From NCBI GenBank assembly GCA_044225365.1, contig JBGAIQ010000001.1, positions 288,001-352,000 on the forward strand: a stretch of DNA of 64,000 nucleotides, written 5' to 3'. Both the position numbers and the translations under genes were made by a program. Every line of letters begins with the position of its first letter. Position 1 is the first letter of the stretch. Below are positions 1 to 9,132 of this stretch, piece after piece. The notes under the pieces were generated by a model that searched no databases, had not been told where the DNA came from, and worked only from the letters and a program-made list of their open reading frames with translations. Source of the stretch: Planctomycetota bacterium. GTDB lineage: Bacteria > Planctomycetota > B15-G4 > JADJEK01.

Positions 1-787
1 GCGACTCGCTGGTGAACACGAGGTGCAGATCGCGGGCGTCGCGGATCTCGATCCAGTGCTTCGAGAAATCGGCGGGGACCTCGGGTCGCCGCATGGACAC
101 CGCGACGAGATCTCCGCGCGGGTTCACGTCGAGACTCGCGATCGTTGCGGCATCGAGGAAATCCTCGACGACGATGGGCCGGCGCGGCAGCCAGTTCGTC
201 TCGATCGCGGCCGCGGCGAAATCGGGCTTCGCCTCGAGACTCGCTTCGAGATTCCAGTCGTCGATCCCCGTCGGGTCGAAGACGGAACGCACGACGAGGC
301 GATGCGGCCCGGTCTCGAGGGAGAGGTCTGCCGTGATCTCCGCGGGCTTGGTCGCTTCTTTGGGCTCGGCCTTGTTCTTCTCCGCCACTTGCGCGCCATC
401 GAGATAGATCCGGCAGCGATGCATCGAGTGGAGGACGAGCTTGCATTCGGTGTAGCGATCGACGCGGATCTGCGCGAAGGCGAGGGCGAACCGCGGCGTC
501 GGGCCCGAGCCGAGGTGGATGCTCTCCTGCGCCGCCCACGCGACGCTCGCGGGTTCGCCAAGATGGGGCCCGAGACCGAGGAAGGTCTCGCCGGGCTCGG
601 GGTCGAGGCGCTTCGCGTCGAAGCCGTCCTGTGCGAGGAGGTCGTCGCAGAGGGATTTCACCTCGGTTGCGAGGGCGGGGCCCGTTGCATCGATGGGACC
701 CGCGACGAGCCAGGACTTCAATGCGACGGCGTCGCGAGCCGCAGGGGACTGGAAGGCGATCAACGATGCGAGGAGGAGGGCGATCAC
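1..787 (-). CDS. Secreted protein, probably an S9-family (prolyl oligopeptidase-like) peptidase; N-terminal part only, runs off the left edge
   Basis: Not in the ORF track. Manual translation from GTG 787 gives MIALLLASLIAFQSPAARDAVALKSWLVAGP..., open to the window edge: signal-peptide-like start, then RRPIVVEDFLDAATIASLDVNPRGDLVAVS, which resembles the start of an S9 beta-propeller. The catalytic domain is not in view. Confidence 0.55.
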   Translation of the reverse strand, partial: MIALLLASLIAFQSPAARDAVALKSWLVAGPIDATGPALATEVKSLCDDLLAQDGFDAKRLDPEPGETFLGLGPHLGEPASVAWAAQESIHLGSGPTPRFALAFAQIRVDRYTECKLVLHSMHRCRIYLDGAQVAEKNKAEPKEATKPAEITADLSLETGPHRLVVRSVFDPTGIDDWNLEASLEAKPDFAAAAIETNWLPRRPIVVEDFLDAATIASLDVNPRGDLVAVSMRRPEVPADFSKHWIEIRDARDLHLVFTSES

Positions 788-877
788 GAGTGGCTGGCTC
801 CGTTCCGAGCGAGGTGGGCCGGGCGGCAGGGGCGTGAGTCGAGGAGAATACGGAGATCGATCGCGATTCGCGCGCGA

Positions 878-2695
878 TCACTTCTCTTTCGGTCGCAGAT
901 AGAACACGAAATCTCCGTCGCCGCCGTTCTCGAGGTAGTTGCACAGCGGTCCGGGACCGTTGCTCTCGAGGGCGTTCTGCTGGAGCCGCGCGAAGAGGCC
1001 GCCGGTCGCAGTGAGCGCCGGCTCATCGCCGTGCAGCGCCTTGACGAACGCTTCGAGGAATGGCGAGTGATCGCGCTCGCCATCGGGCACGCGCTCGTTC
1101 GAGCGGCCCGACGTGATCACGAGATGGGCCTTCGAGGTGAGCATCGCATTGCCCACCACGTTCCCACCGCTGCGGAACTTCGCCATCTTCCCCGAGAAGC
1201 AGCAGTCGAGCATGAGCAGGACGTGCTTCGCCTTGAAGGCGCGGATCCGAGCATTGATGTCGTCGTACGAGATGAGCGTATTCGCATCCTGTGCCGTCTT
1301 GCGCGCGCGGCCATCGACGGGGACGATCCATCCCGTCTTGCTCTCGTCGGGATGCCGTTCGCCGTGGCCCGCGAAGTAGAGCAACACGCGATCGTCGGGC
1401 TTCGTGATGTCTTCGAGGTTCGCGATCTCGGCGAGGAGCCGTTCGCGCGTGGCCGCCGCCCCGATCACCTCGGACACGATCCAGCCTTCCCAACTCATGC
1501 GCTGCAGTTCCGCGGCGACGGCGCGAGCGTCGCGCTCGGCATTCGGGAGCACGGGGAATTGCTGACTCGCACCGTATGCGTCACCGATTCCGATGAGGAG
1601 TGCGTACGACTTGTCGTACTTCGCGGAGTAGATCGAGCCCGTCGTGCTCGCGGTCGTGTCGCCGCCCTCGAGGCGATGGCTGCGAAGCGTGTCGCCTGCC
1701 GATCCCGCCTCGGGCGTGCGATGCATCCACGCGGCGACGGCGAGAGCCGCGCCGAGAAGACTCGCCGCGATCCACGGCAGTCGCCGCGGTGCATGTGCTC
1801 GGGCCGGGCTCGGTGCGTGTTCGACCGGAGTCGTCGGTGCCGTCGCGTCCCCGCTCGCCGCGACCAGGGCGGACTCGAAGTCCCTTGCCGTCTGAAAACG
1901 CTGCATCGGACTGCGCGCGAGGCACCGCAGGATGGCGTCGCTCAGCGCCTGCGGGATCTCTTTCACGACTCGATTCGGCGGAACGGGTGCTTTCCAGCCA
2001 TCCGTTCCGGAGGTCACGAAAGCCTCGACTCCGGTGAGCGCGAGGTAGAGCGAGCATCCGAGCGAGAAGAGGTCGGACCGTGCGTCCGCGGCTTGACCGA
2101 GCCATTGCTCCGGGGCTGGATAGCGCGGCAAGGGCAGCGCGGGATCGGAGGTCGCAGCTTCGTCCACGGATCCGGTGTAGACGATCGAAGACGCGAACCC
2201 GGTCGCGGTCACGAACTTGGTGAAACCGAAACCGACGAGGACCGGTTCGCCGCTCGGCGTCAGCAGGATGTTCTCCGGCGCGATGCCGCGGTGCACGGCA
2301 CCGGCCGCGTGCACGGCGGCGAGGGCGGACGCGATGCCCTTGCCGATCTTCACGACGGAGGACACCGGGAGTCGAGGACTCGTCGCGAGTTGGTCGGCGA
2401 GTCGCTCGCCGGCGACGGGGTCGAGCACCAGGACGGGGATCCCGGCGGCGTCGACGACATCGAGCAACTGGATGACGTTCTCGTGCTTCAGCTTCGCGAG
2501 CGCGCGCGCCTCGCGAAGCACGCTCTGCACTTCCTTCACCGACGAGAGGTGCCGCAGCAAGCCCGGACCCGGCGCCTTCAACAGGACTTCTCGATGAAGG
2601 ACCGTGTCGGTCGCGCGGGCGAGGAACTCGGACGCGTCGTCCCGCAGCGTCTCGAGGATCCGGTATCGCTCGGGCAATCGTGGCGGTGCGGTCAC
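878..2695 (-). CDS. Ser/Thr kinase-like (pseudokinase) domain + TM helix + caspase-like (peptidase C14) domain
   Basis: Probable GTG start at 2695 (MTAPPRLPERYRILETL). Kinase fold: EVLLK, REARALAKLKHENVIQLLD, HRGIAPENILL, LVGFGF, YPAPEQ, SDLFSLG. TM: LPWIAASLLGAALAVAAW. Caspase: YALLIGIG, LPNAERDA, YFAGHG, LDCCFSG. Confidence 0.85.
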   Translation of the reverse strand: MTAPPRLPERYRILETLRDDASEFLARATDTVLHREVLLKAPGPGLLRHLSSVKEVQSVLREARALAKLKHENVIQLLDVVDAAGIPVLVLDPVAGERLADQLATSPRLPVSSVVKIGKGIASALAAVHAAGAVHRGIAPENILLTPSGEPVLVGFGFTKFVTATGFASSIVYTGSVDEAATSDPALPLPRYPAPEQWLGQAADARSDLFSLGCSLYLALTGVEAFVTSGTDGWKAPVPPNRVVKEIPQALSDAILRCLARSPMQRFQTARDFESALVAASGDATAPTTPVEHAPSPARAHAPRRLPWIAASLLGAALAVAAWMHRTPEAGSAGDTLRSHRLEGGDTTASTTGSIYSAKYDKSYALLIGIGDAYGASQQFPVLPNAERDARAVAAELQRMSWEGWIVSEVIGAAATRERLLAEIANLEDITKPDDRVLLYFAGHGERHPDESKTGWIVPVDGRARKTAQDANTLISYDDINARIRAFKAKHVLLMLDCCFSGKMAKFRSGGNVVGNAMLTSKAHLVITSGRSNERVPDGERDHSPFLEAFVKALHGDEPALTATGGLFARLQQNALESNGPGPLCNYLENGGDGDFVFYLRPKEK

Positions 2696-2890
2696 GGCGA
2701 CTCCAGAGGCCGCGGGTGGAGTCTGCCCACGACCGCCCCCGATCGTATCGACTTCTTGCCCCGACCGGGAGTCGTGGATCGGCCGCGGCGATCGTCGATT
2801 GGCCGCTCGCGGAATTCTCGACGCGGTGGTATGAACTTCGATGAATCTTGCTTCCCACTCCCCTGGAACGAGCGGAGGATCGTCGAGCAA

Positions 2891-5638
2891 ATGCGGTCGA
2901 ACGCACGACAAGGGAGATCCTTCCGGTTCGCGCTCACCGCTGCGCTCGCAGCTCACTCGATGGGCGGACCGATCCACGCGGAGGAGCGTAGGGACGAAAC
3001 TCGGCCGTGGGCGCTCGCACCGCTCGCGAGGCCAAAGGTCCCATGGAGCGCGGGCGGAACTTCAGCGATCGATGCATTCCTGAACGCGAAGATCGGCGCG
3101 GCCGGACTGGCCATGCGTCCTCCCGCCGACCGCGCGACGCTCCTGCGGCGCGTTCGATTCGACCTGACGGGACTCCCGCCGACGCCGGAGGAGATCGACG
3201 CGTTCGTGAACGATCCGGACGAGCACGCGTACGAGCATCTCGTCGATCGCTTGCTCGCGGATCCTGCGCTCGGCGAACGCTTCGGACGCTCGTGGCTCGA
3301 CATCGCGCGCTTCACCGAGAGCCAGGGATTCGAGTACGACCGGCTGCGCGATCGCGCCTATCCGTATCGCGACTTCGTCGTCGCCGCGATGAACGACGAC
3401 ATGCCGTACGATCGCTTCATGCGGCTCCAGATCGCCGGCGACGTCACGGAGCCGGTCACACGCGACGGCATCGTGGCCACCGGATTCCTGGTGTGCGGTC
3501 CGTGGGACGAAGCCGGGAACGGGCAAGCCAACGCGACGCAGCGCGCGATCACGCGGCAGGACGAACTCGAGGATCTCCTCAGCGTCGTCGGTCAGGGCCT
3601 CCTCGGCTTCACCGTCAACTGTGCGCGCTGCCACGATCACAAATTCGACCCGATTCCGCGACTCGACTACTACCGCATGCAGAGCGTCTTCGCCGGCGTG
3701 CGACACGGGGAGCGTCCTCTGCTGTCCGACGCCGCGATCTCGGCGCGCGAGAAGTCGATCGCGGCGCTCGACCTGCAGTCGAAGACTCTCGAGATCGAGT
3801 CGAGTCGCATCGCATCGATCGGCGTGGCGCGGGTGCGAGCGACGCGCAAGTCCGCGCGTTCGAGCGAAGGCCACGAGCACCCGCGATCTCCGGCGCCGGC
3901 TCCTTACCGGCGGTGGCGATTCGACGATGCGCCGACGGGATCGGACGTGACCCTGCCGTTCGAGCTGTACGGCGCGGCGCGGATCGAAGGGGGCCGCCTC
4001 GTCCTCGACGGGCGCGATGCGTACGCCGCGACGGAGCCGATCGAGAAGGACCTCACCGAGAAGACGCTCGAGGCGTTCGTCGCGCTGTCGGCGACCGCGC
4101 AGGGCGGCGGGGCGGCGATCTCGATCGAAGCCGCGGGCGGTCAGCAGTTCGATGCCATCGTTTTCGGCGAGCGCCAGGCGGGGAAGTGGATCGCGGGCAG
4201 CAACGGCTTCGTGCGCACGCAGGATCTCGACGCCGATGCGGAGAGCGCGGGAGCCGACGAGATCGTCCAGGTTGCGATCGTCTATCGCGGCGATGGGACG
4301 ATCGCGGTCTATCGCAACGGCGCCGCGTACGGCACACCGTGGCGTCCCGGGGAATCACCGGTGACGTTCTTGCGAGGAGACGCTCGCGTCCTGTTCGGAC
4401 TGCGCCACCACGGGGGCGCCAATGCATTCCTTCGCGGTGCGATCGAGGAAGCCGCGCTCTACGACCGGGCGCTCACGCCCGACGAAGTGCGGGCATCCTT
4501 CGATGCGGTCGAACCGTCGTCGCTCACGGTGAGCCGTGCCGAAGCGCTGGCCGCCCTCACGGTGGACGAACGTTCGGAGCTCGCTCGGATCGAGCAATCG
4601 ATCCAGGGCGTAAAGCTCGAGCGGGACGCGATCGCGCCGCTCGAGAGCGGCTACGTCGGCAGGCGCGAGCAGCCCGAGCCGACTCGCGAATTGCGACGCG
4701 GCGACGTGACGATGCCGGGCGAGGTCGTGACGCCCGGCGCTCTGTCGTGCGTGACGACGCTCGATTCGGATTTTCATCTGCCACCCGATGCGAAGGAGTC
4801 CGATCGTCGCATCGCCTTCGCCGATTGGCTCACGAGCGAGCGAAACCCGCTTCCGGCGCGCGTCATCGTGAATCGAATCTGGCAATGGCACTTCGGCCGT
4901 GGCCTCGTTGCGACGCCGAGCGATTTCGGAACGAATTCCGGCACGCCGTCTCATCCGGAGTTGCTCGACTGGCTCGCGAGCGAGCTCGTCGATTCCGGGT
5001 TCCACCTGAAGGCGATCCATCGTCTCATCGTCCTCTCGGCCGCTTATCGGCAGACGGCGGCGTCCGATTCCGTGGCGCGGAGCATCGATGCGGACGATCG
5101 GTGGCTGTGGCGATTCCCGCCGCGTCGACTCGATGCGGAGATGGTGCGCGACGCGATCCTCGCAGTGAGCGGCGCGCTCGATCGCACGATCGGAGGTACG
5201 AGCTTTCGGCCGTTCACCGTGCTGCCGTTCCCTGCGAACGCGTATCCACCGGCCATCGAGGATCGCGACGAGTTCCATCGCCGCAGCCTCTACCGGATGA
5301 ACGTCAATTCGGGCAAGGACACCCTTCTCGACGCGTTCGACTGCCCGGATCCCTCGATCAAGACGCCGACGCGCAGTCGAACCACCACGCCGCTCCAGGC
5401 ACTCGTGATGATGAACGATCCGTTCGTGCTGCGCGAGTCGAAGCGGTTCGCGGCGCGGATCCTCGCTGAAGCTCACGGCGACGTCGAATCGGCGATCGTT
5501 CGCGGCTTCGAGTTCGCATTCGGGCGGGTGCCCCGTGCCGAAGAACTCACCGATGCGATTGCACTCGTTCGCGCGCACGGACTCGACGCGCTCACCTGGT
5601 CGCTCTTCAACGCTTCGGAGTTCGTGGATGTCCGCTGA
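2891..5638 (+). CDS. Planctomycete DUF1549/DUF1553 (PSD1-type) protein with inserted LamG/ConA-like domain
   Basis: IDAFL...PPADRATLLRRVRFDLTGLPPTPEE, GERFGRSWLDIARF, CARCHDHKFDPI, NPLPARVIVNRIWQWHFGRGLV, HPELLDWLA, PLQAL. The insert (RWRFDD...LVLDG...FLRGAIEEAALYDRALTPDEV) is LamG-like. Start uncertain (2831, 2891 or 2960). Confidence 0.9.
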   Translation: MRSNARQGRSFRFALTAALAAHSMGGPIHAEERRDETRPWALAPLARPKVPWSAGGTSAIDAFLNAKIGAAGLAMRPPADRATLLRRVRFDLTGLPPTPEEIDAFVNDPDEHAYEHLVDRLLADPALGERFGRSWLDIARFTESQGFEYDRLRDRAYPYRDFVVAAMNDDMPYDRFMRLQIAGDVTEPVTRDGIVATGFLVCGPWDEAGNGQANATQRAITRQDELEDLLSVVGQGLLGFTVNCARCHDHKFDPIPRLDYYRMQSVFAGVRHGERPLLSDAAISAREKSIAALDLQSKTLEIESSRIASIGVARVRATRKSARSSEGHEHPRSPAPAPYRRWRFDDAPTGSDVTLPFELYGAARIEGGRLVLDGRDAYAATEPIEKDLTEKTLEAFVALSATAQGGGAAISIEAAGGQQFDAIVFGERQAGKWIAGSNGFVRTQDLDADAESAGADEIVQVAIVYRGDGTIAVYRNGAAYGTPWRPGESPVTFLRGDARVLFGLRHHGGANAFLRGAIEEAALYDRALTPDEVRASFDAVEPSSLTVSRAEALAALTVDERSELARIEQSIQGVKLERDAIAPLESGYVGRREQPEPTRELRRGDVTMPGEVVTPGALSCVTTLDSDFHLPPDAKESDRRIAFADWLTSERNPLPARVIVNRIWQWHFGRGLVATPSDFGTNSGTPSHPELLDWLASELVDSGFHLKAIHRLIVLSAAYRQTAASDSVARSIDADDRWLWRFPPRRLDAEMVRDAILAVSGALDRTIGGTSFRPFTVLPFPANAYPPAIEDRDEFHRRSLYRMNVNSGKDTLLDAFDCPDPSIKTPTRSRTTTPLQALVMMNDPFVLRESKRFAARILAEAHGDVESAIVRGFEFAFGRVPRAEELTDAIALVRAHGLDALTWSLFNASEFVDVR

Positions 5639-8090
5639 ACCCCGACGCGACGGACCGCGCACGCGGCGCCAATGGATCGGCGAGACGGGAAGCGGCCTCG
5701 CGGGTATCGCGTTGTCGTGGCTGCTCGCACGCGACACGCGAGCTTCGTCCATCGCGGGAGTGCGCGCGCCCGGTCCGCACTTCGCACCGCGCACGAAGCG
5801 CGTGATCCAGATCTTCTGCGCGGGAGGTGTGAGCCATCTCGATACGTTCGACTGGAAGGAGGATCTCGCGAGGCACGACGGCGGCGAACTCGTCGGTAAG
5901 GGCGAGAACAAGGGCTTCTTCGGTCAGCCGGGGCACTTGATGCGCAGCGCGTACGAATTCGCGCGGCGCGGCGAATCCGGTCAGTTCGTGAGCTCGCTCC
6001 TACCGCACATCGGCAGCATCGCGGACGAGCTGTGCATCGTGCGATCGATGGTGAGCAAGAGCAACAACCACACGCCCGCGTCGTTCCAGATGAACAGCGG
6101 ATTCACACTGAACGGATTTCCGTGCATGGGATCCTGGATCAGTTACGGGCTGGGCAGTAGCAACGAAGATCTGCCGACATTCGTCGTGTTCCCCGATCCG
6201 CGAGGCATGCCCGCGGGTGGCTCGATCAACTGGACGTCGGGCTTCCTGCCCGCGCAGCATCAAGGCGTACCGTTCGCGTCCGGCAAGAACGACGGCGCAC
6301 CGATCCGCGACCTAGAGACCCCGAACGATGTCGAGCGAGCGGGGCGCGACTCGGCGCGCGCCTTCCGCGATCGGCTCGACCGCTCCGCGGCGAGCGCGCT
6401 CGGCGGCGACGACGAACTCGAGACGCGCATCCGTTCGTACGAGCTGGCAGCGCGCATGCAGGCGAGCGTGCCCGAAGCGATCGCCCTCGAAACCGAGAGC
6501 GAGGAAACGCGACGCCTCTACGGGCTCGACGATCCGCGCTGCGGGGCGTTCGCGCGGAACTGCCTGCTCGCGAGACGGCTCGTCGAACGCGGCACCCGAT
6601 TCGTACAGCTCTGGAACGGCGGCGCATTCGGTTCGCCCCGAATCAACTGGGACGGTCATGAGTCGCTGAAGGAGAATCACGACGCGCAGGCCGCGACGAT
6701 GGACCGACCGGTCGCGGCCCTCATCGTCGATCTGAAGCGCCGCGGAATGCTCGACGACACGCTCGTGTTGTGGACGACCGAATTCGGCCGCTCGCCCGCG
6801 ACGCAGGGCATCGGATCGTTCGGTCGCGACCACCATCCGGATGCCTTCACGTGCTTCCTCGCCGGTGGCGGAGTGAAGGCAGGAATCGCTCATGGCGAGA
6901 CCGACGAGATCGGTTACTTCGTCGGCCGGGATCCGGTGACGATCTACGACTTCCACGCGACGGTGCTGCATCTGCTCGGACTCGATCACAAGAGACTCAC
7001 CTGGTATCACAACGGTATCGCAGAGGAGAGGTCGGAGAGCATCGATCGTCGCGACGTGCTGCTGGACGCGATGCGCAGTGTGTCGATCCTCCGGGTCGTG
7101 CTCTTCCACACTCTCGGTCGCTTCGGAGACGACGCGATCCTGCTCCTCAGCTTCGTGCTGCCCGGTATGCCCATCGTGTTCTTCGTGAGCGGTGCGCTCG
7201 CGTACGGCGCGCTCACCAAGCCGAGCCGAACGGGTCCGAACAGCGAATCGAGGTTCTTCGTCGCGCAGAGATTCTGGAGCGCGCGCCTGCGCCGGCTCCT
7301 CGTGCCGTTCTGGATCTACGCACTCTGCGTCGTCCCGCTCTTCCTCGTGGCGGACGCGCGTACTGATCACCCATGGCACGCGTTCGACGAATCGGTGGCT
7401 TGGCGCTGGGCGCTGCCCTTGCTCGAACCGCTCGCGAGTCCGGCATTGAAGGGCCTCGCGTTGCATCTGTGGTTCGTTCCGCCCTTCGTCTGGTTGCTAT
7501 TCGTCGCGCCGGTCGCGGTCGCTCTGCACGCGAGAGTGAGGTTCCTCGGTGCGGCTCTCACCTTCGTCGCCGCCTGCATCGTGGAGACTTGGTTCCCGGA
7601 AGTCTCGGGCACTCTCCGCAACACCTTGGTCTTCGGTTTCGCTTTCCAGGTTGGATTCCTGTTCGCCGACGGGTCGCTGGCGCGGCTCTCCATTTCGCGG
7701 AACATCGCGCTCGCGATCGGTTCGTTCGCTGCCGGGATCGTCTGGCATGGGCGCGTTGCGGAGAAGGCGATCCTCAACTCCGTACCGCTGGCGCACGTGC
7801 TCGTCGGCTTGGCGGCGGTTCCGCTCTGGCTCTCCCTCCGCGAGGTCGTCGTGCGCGGGTTCCAGGCTCCGACGCTCGCGGCCGCGAGCCGCGCGGTCAA
7901 CCTTCGCGCGTACACGTTGTTCCTATGGGGACCTGCCGCGAACGAGGCCGCCTGGCGCATCGCGCGCGCCGCGCCGCCGTCGCTCGTCGTTCCCGCGTAC
8001 TTCGTCGCGACTGCACTCTGCATCGTGACGCTCGCCCGCATCTTCGGACGGTTCGAGGACTTCGCCCGGCGACGTCCTTCGATGAAGTAG
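5628..8090 (+). CDS. DUF1501 protein fused in frame to an acyltransferase family 3 membrane domain
   Basis: ATG 5628 overlaps the end of the DUF1553 gene. Tat-like TRRQW, KRVIQIFCAGGVSHLDTFD, LARRLVERGTRFVQL, WDGH, EFGRSP, GRDHHP, LGLDHKRLT. From about 7050 it reads RDVLLDAMRSVSILRVVLFH, MPIVFFVSG, RLRRLLVPFW, HLWFV with many TM helices (AT3). Confidence 0.8.
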   Translation: MSAEPRRDGPRTRRQWIGETGSGLAGIALSWLLARDTRASSIAGVRAPGPHFAPRTKRVIQIFCAGGVSHLDTFDWKEDLARHDGGELVGKGENKGFFGQPGHLMRSAYEFARRGESGQFVSSLLPHIGSIADELCIVRSMVSKSNNHTPASFQMNSGFTLNGFPCMGSWISYGLGSSNEDLPTFVVFPDPRGMPAGGSINWTSGFLPAQHQGVPFASGKNDGAPIRDLETPNDVERAGRDSARAFRDRLDRSAASALGGDDELETRIRSYELAARMQASVPEAIALETESEETRRLYGLDDPRCGAFARNCLLARRLVERGTRFVQLWNGGAFGSPRINWDGHESLKENHDAQAATMDRPVAALIVDLKRRGMLDDTLVLWTTEFGRSPATQGIGSFGRDHHPDAFTCFLAGGGVKAGIAHGETDEIGYFVGRDPVTIYDFHATVLHLLGLDHKRLTWYHNGIAEERSESIDRRDVLLDAMRSVSILRVVLFHTLGRFGDDAILLLSFVLPGMPIVFFVSGALAYGALTKPSRTGPNSESRFFVAQRFWSARLRRLLVPFWIYALCVVPLFLVADARTDHPWHAFDESVAWRWALPLLEPLASPALKGLALHLWFVPPFVWLLFVAPVAVALHARVRFLGAALTFVAACIVETWFPEVSGTLRNTLVFGFAFQVGFLFADGSLARLSISRNIALAIGSFAAGIVWHGRVAEKAILNSVPLAHVLVGLAAVPLWLSLREVVVRGFQAPTLAAASRAVNLRAYTLFLWGPAANEAAWRIARAAPPSLVVPAYFVATALCIVTLARIFGRFEDFARRRPSMK

Positions 8091-8116
8091 GGAGACGATC
8101 GGCTCGAACGGAGCGT

Positions 8117-8160
8117 CGGGCTCCGCCCAGCCGCGTGGATGAGATGCCGGGCGGAGCCCG
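8117..8160. terminator. GC-rich inverted repeat downstream of the DUF1501 fusion gene
   Basis: cgggctccgccc (8117-8128) pairs with gggcggagcccg (8149-8160). No U-tract follows. Confidence 0.3.
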
Positions 8161-8178
8161 GCGGTCCCTCGTGGTAGA

Positions 8179-9048
8179 TTGTCGCTCGGTGAAACGACCC
8201 ATGTGGGATCCGCCCCGAGTCCTGTGACGTCGCTCGACACCATCGTCCGCCGGCCGATCGACGAAGAACGGCGCCGCGAACTCGACGCCCGATTCGGAGC
8301 TGTTCCGAATCGATATCGCCCGTCGTTTCTGAGTGGAAACCTCACTTTCTTCGTCCTCTGGTTCCTCGTGATTGCTCCCTGTCATTCCACGTCGCATTTC
8401 ACTGCAACGTGTACGGGCCCCGATGACGAGCCGCTGCGCGACATCACCTTCTGGTACGAGTCGAGCCGGACGGAAGGGGCGGTCACCTATGGCGGCATCC
8501 TCGGTTCCGTCGTGTCGCACTTCGATCCCGTCAGCGGGAAGTTCGAGATCTTCGGTGATCGGCCGATCGAGGGGGGCTCCGAGGTCCGACTCGTCGCTCA
8601 CTCCGATTCGCTCGGGTGCGTCGAACTCGCCTGTGCGCCGGATGCGCGGGACGTGTCCTTTCGCTTCGAGCGCCCGGGGGCAATCGAAGTCCGATTCGCT
8701 TCCGGGCCGGCGGAAGGCGAGCGCCGATTCGTGTACTTGTTCGGGAGCGGCATCGCGCACTGGACGCCTCGTCGGAACTTCGAAACGTCGACCAGGTTCA
8801 CGCCGCTCCAGCCGGGAGAGTATCAAGTGATCTCGGAGATCGAAGACGCGCCGAAGCTCGTCGTGTCGAGCGAGGGCTCGCAAACGACGAGCGTCGATGC
8901 TCGAGGCTTCGGAACCGGAAGAGCGCAGGCCTTCGCCGGGCGGCTCGCCAAGTCGGCGCGGCGCGACGGAGGATCCTCCGCGAAGATCGAGCTCGGGAGC
9001 GGCGAGCTCGCCCGAGTCCAACTCGAACCTCGCACCAGGGGGCCGTAG
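8179..9048 (+). CDS. Hypothetical membrane-anchored protein with beta-sandwich-like segments
   Basis: 289-aa ORF with one hydrophobic stretch (LTFFVLWFLVIAP), then FTATCTGPDDEPL and FTPLQPGEYQV, which resemble carboxypeptidase-regulatory-like repeats. Start uncertain. Confidence 0.45.
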   Translation: MSLGETTHVGSAPSPVTSLDTIVRRPIDEERRRELDARFGAVPNRYRPSFLSGNLTFFVLWFLVIAPCHSTSHFTATCTGPDDEPLRDITFWYESSRTEGAVTYGGILGSVVSHFDPVSGKFEIFGDRPIEGGSEVRLVAHSDSLGCVELACAPDARDVSFRFERPGAIEVRFASGPAEGERRFVYLFGSGIAHWTPRRNFETSTRFTPLQPGEYQVISEIEDAPKLVVSSEGSQTTSVDARGFGTGRAQAFAGRLAKSARRDGGSSAKIELGSGELARVQLEPRTRGP

Positions 9049-9132
9049 CGGTTCGGTCGATTCTGAGCTACGATTCGGGACCTAGGGTCAGGTCGTTCGT
9101 TTCGCAATCTTCGTTCCCCGACGAGTCCACTC

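Noticed and set aside
878-2695. Anti-phage caspase/gasdermin or CHAT-type defence system
   Set aside because: No gasdermin, NLR/STAND, TIR or other effector gene is adjacent, and the protease domain appears extracytoplasmic.
23-5638. 1871-aa ORF as one giant protein
   Set aside because: The first ~950 codons are the antisense shadow of two minus-strand genes. Recognisable DUF1549/1553 sequence starts only near 2891.
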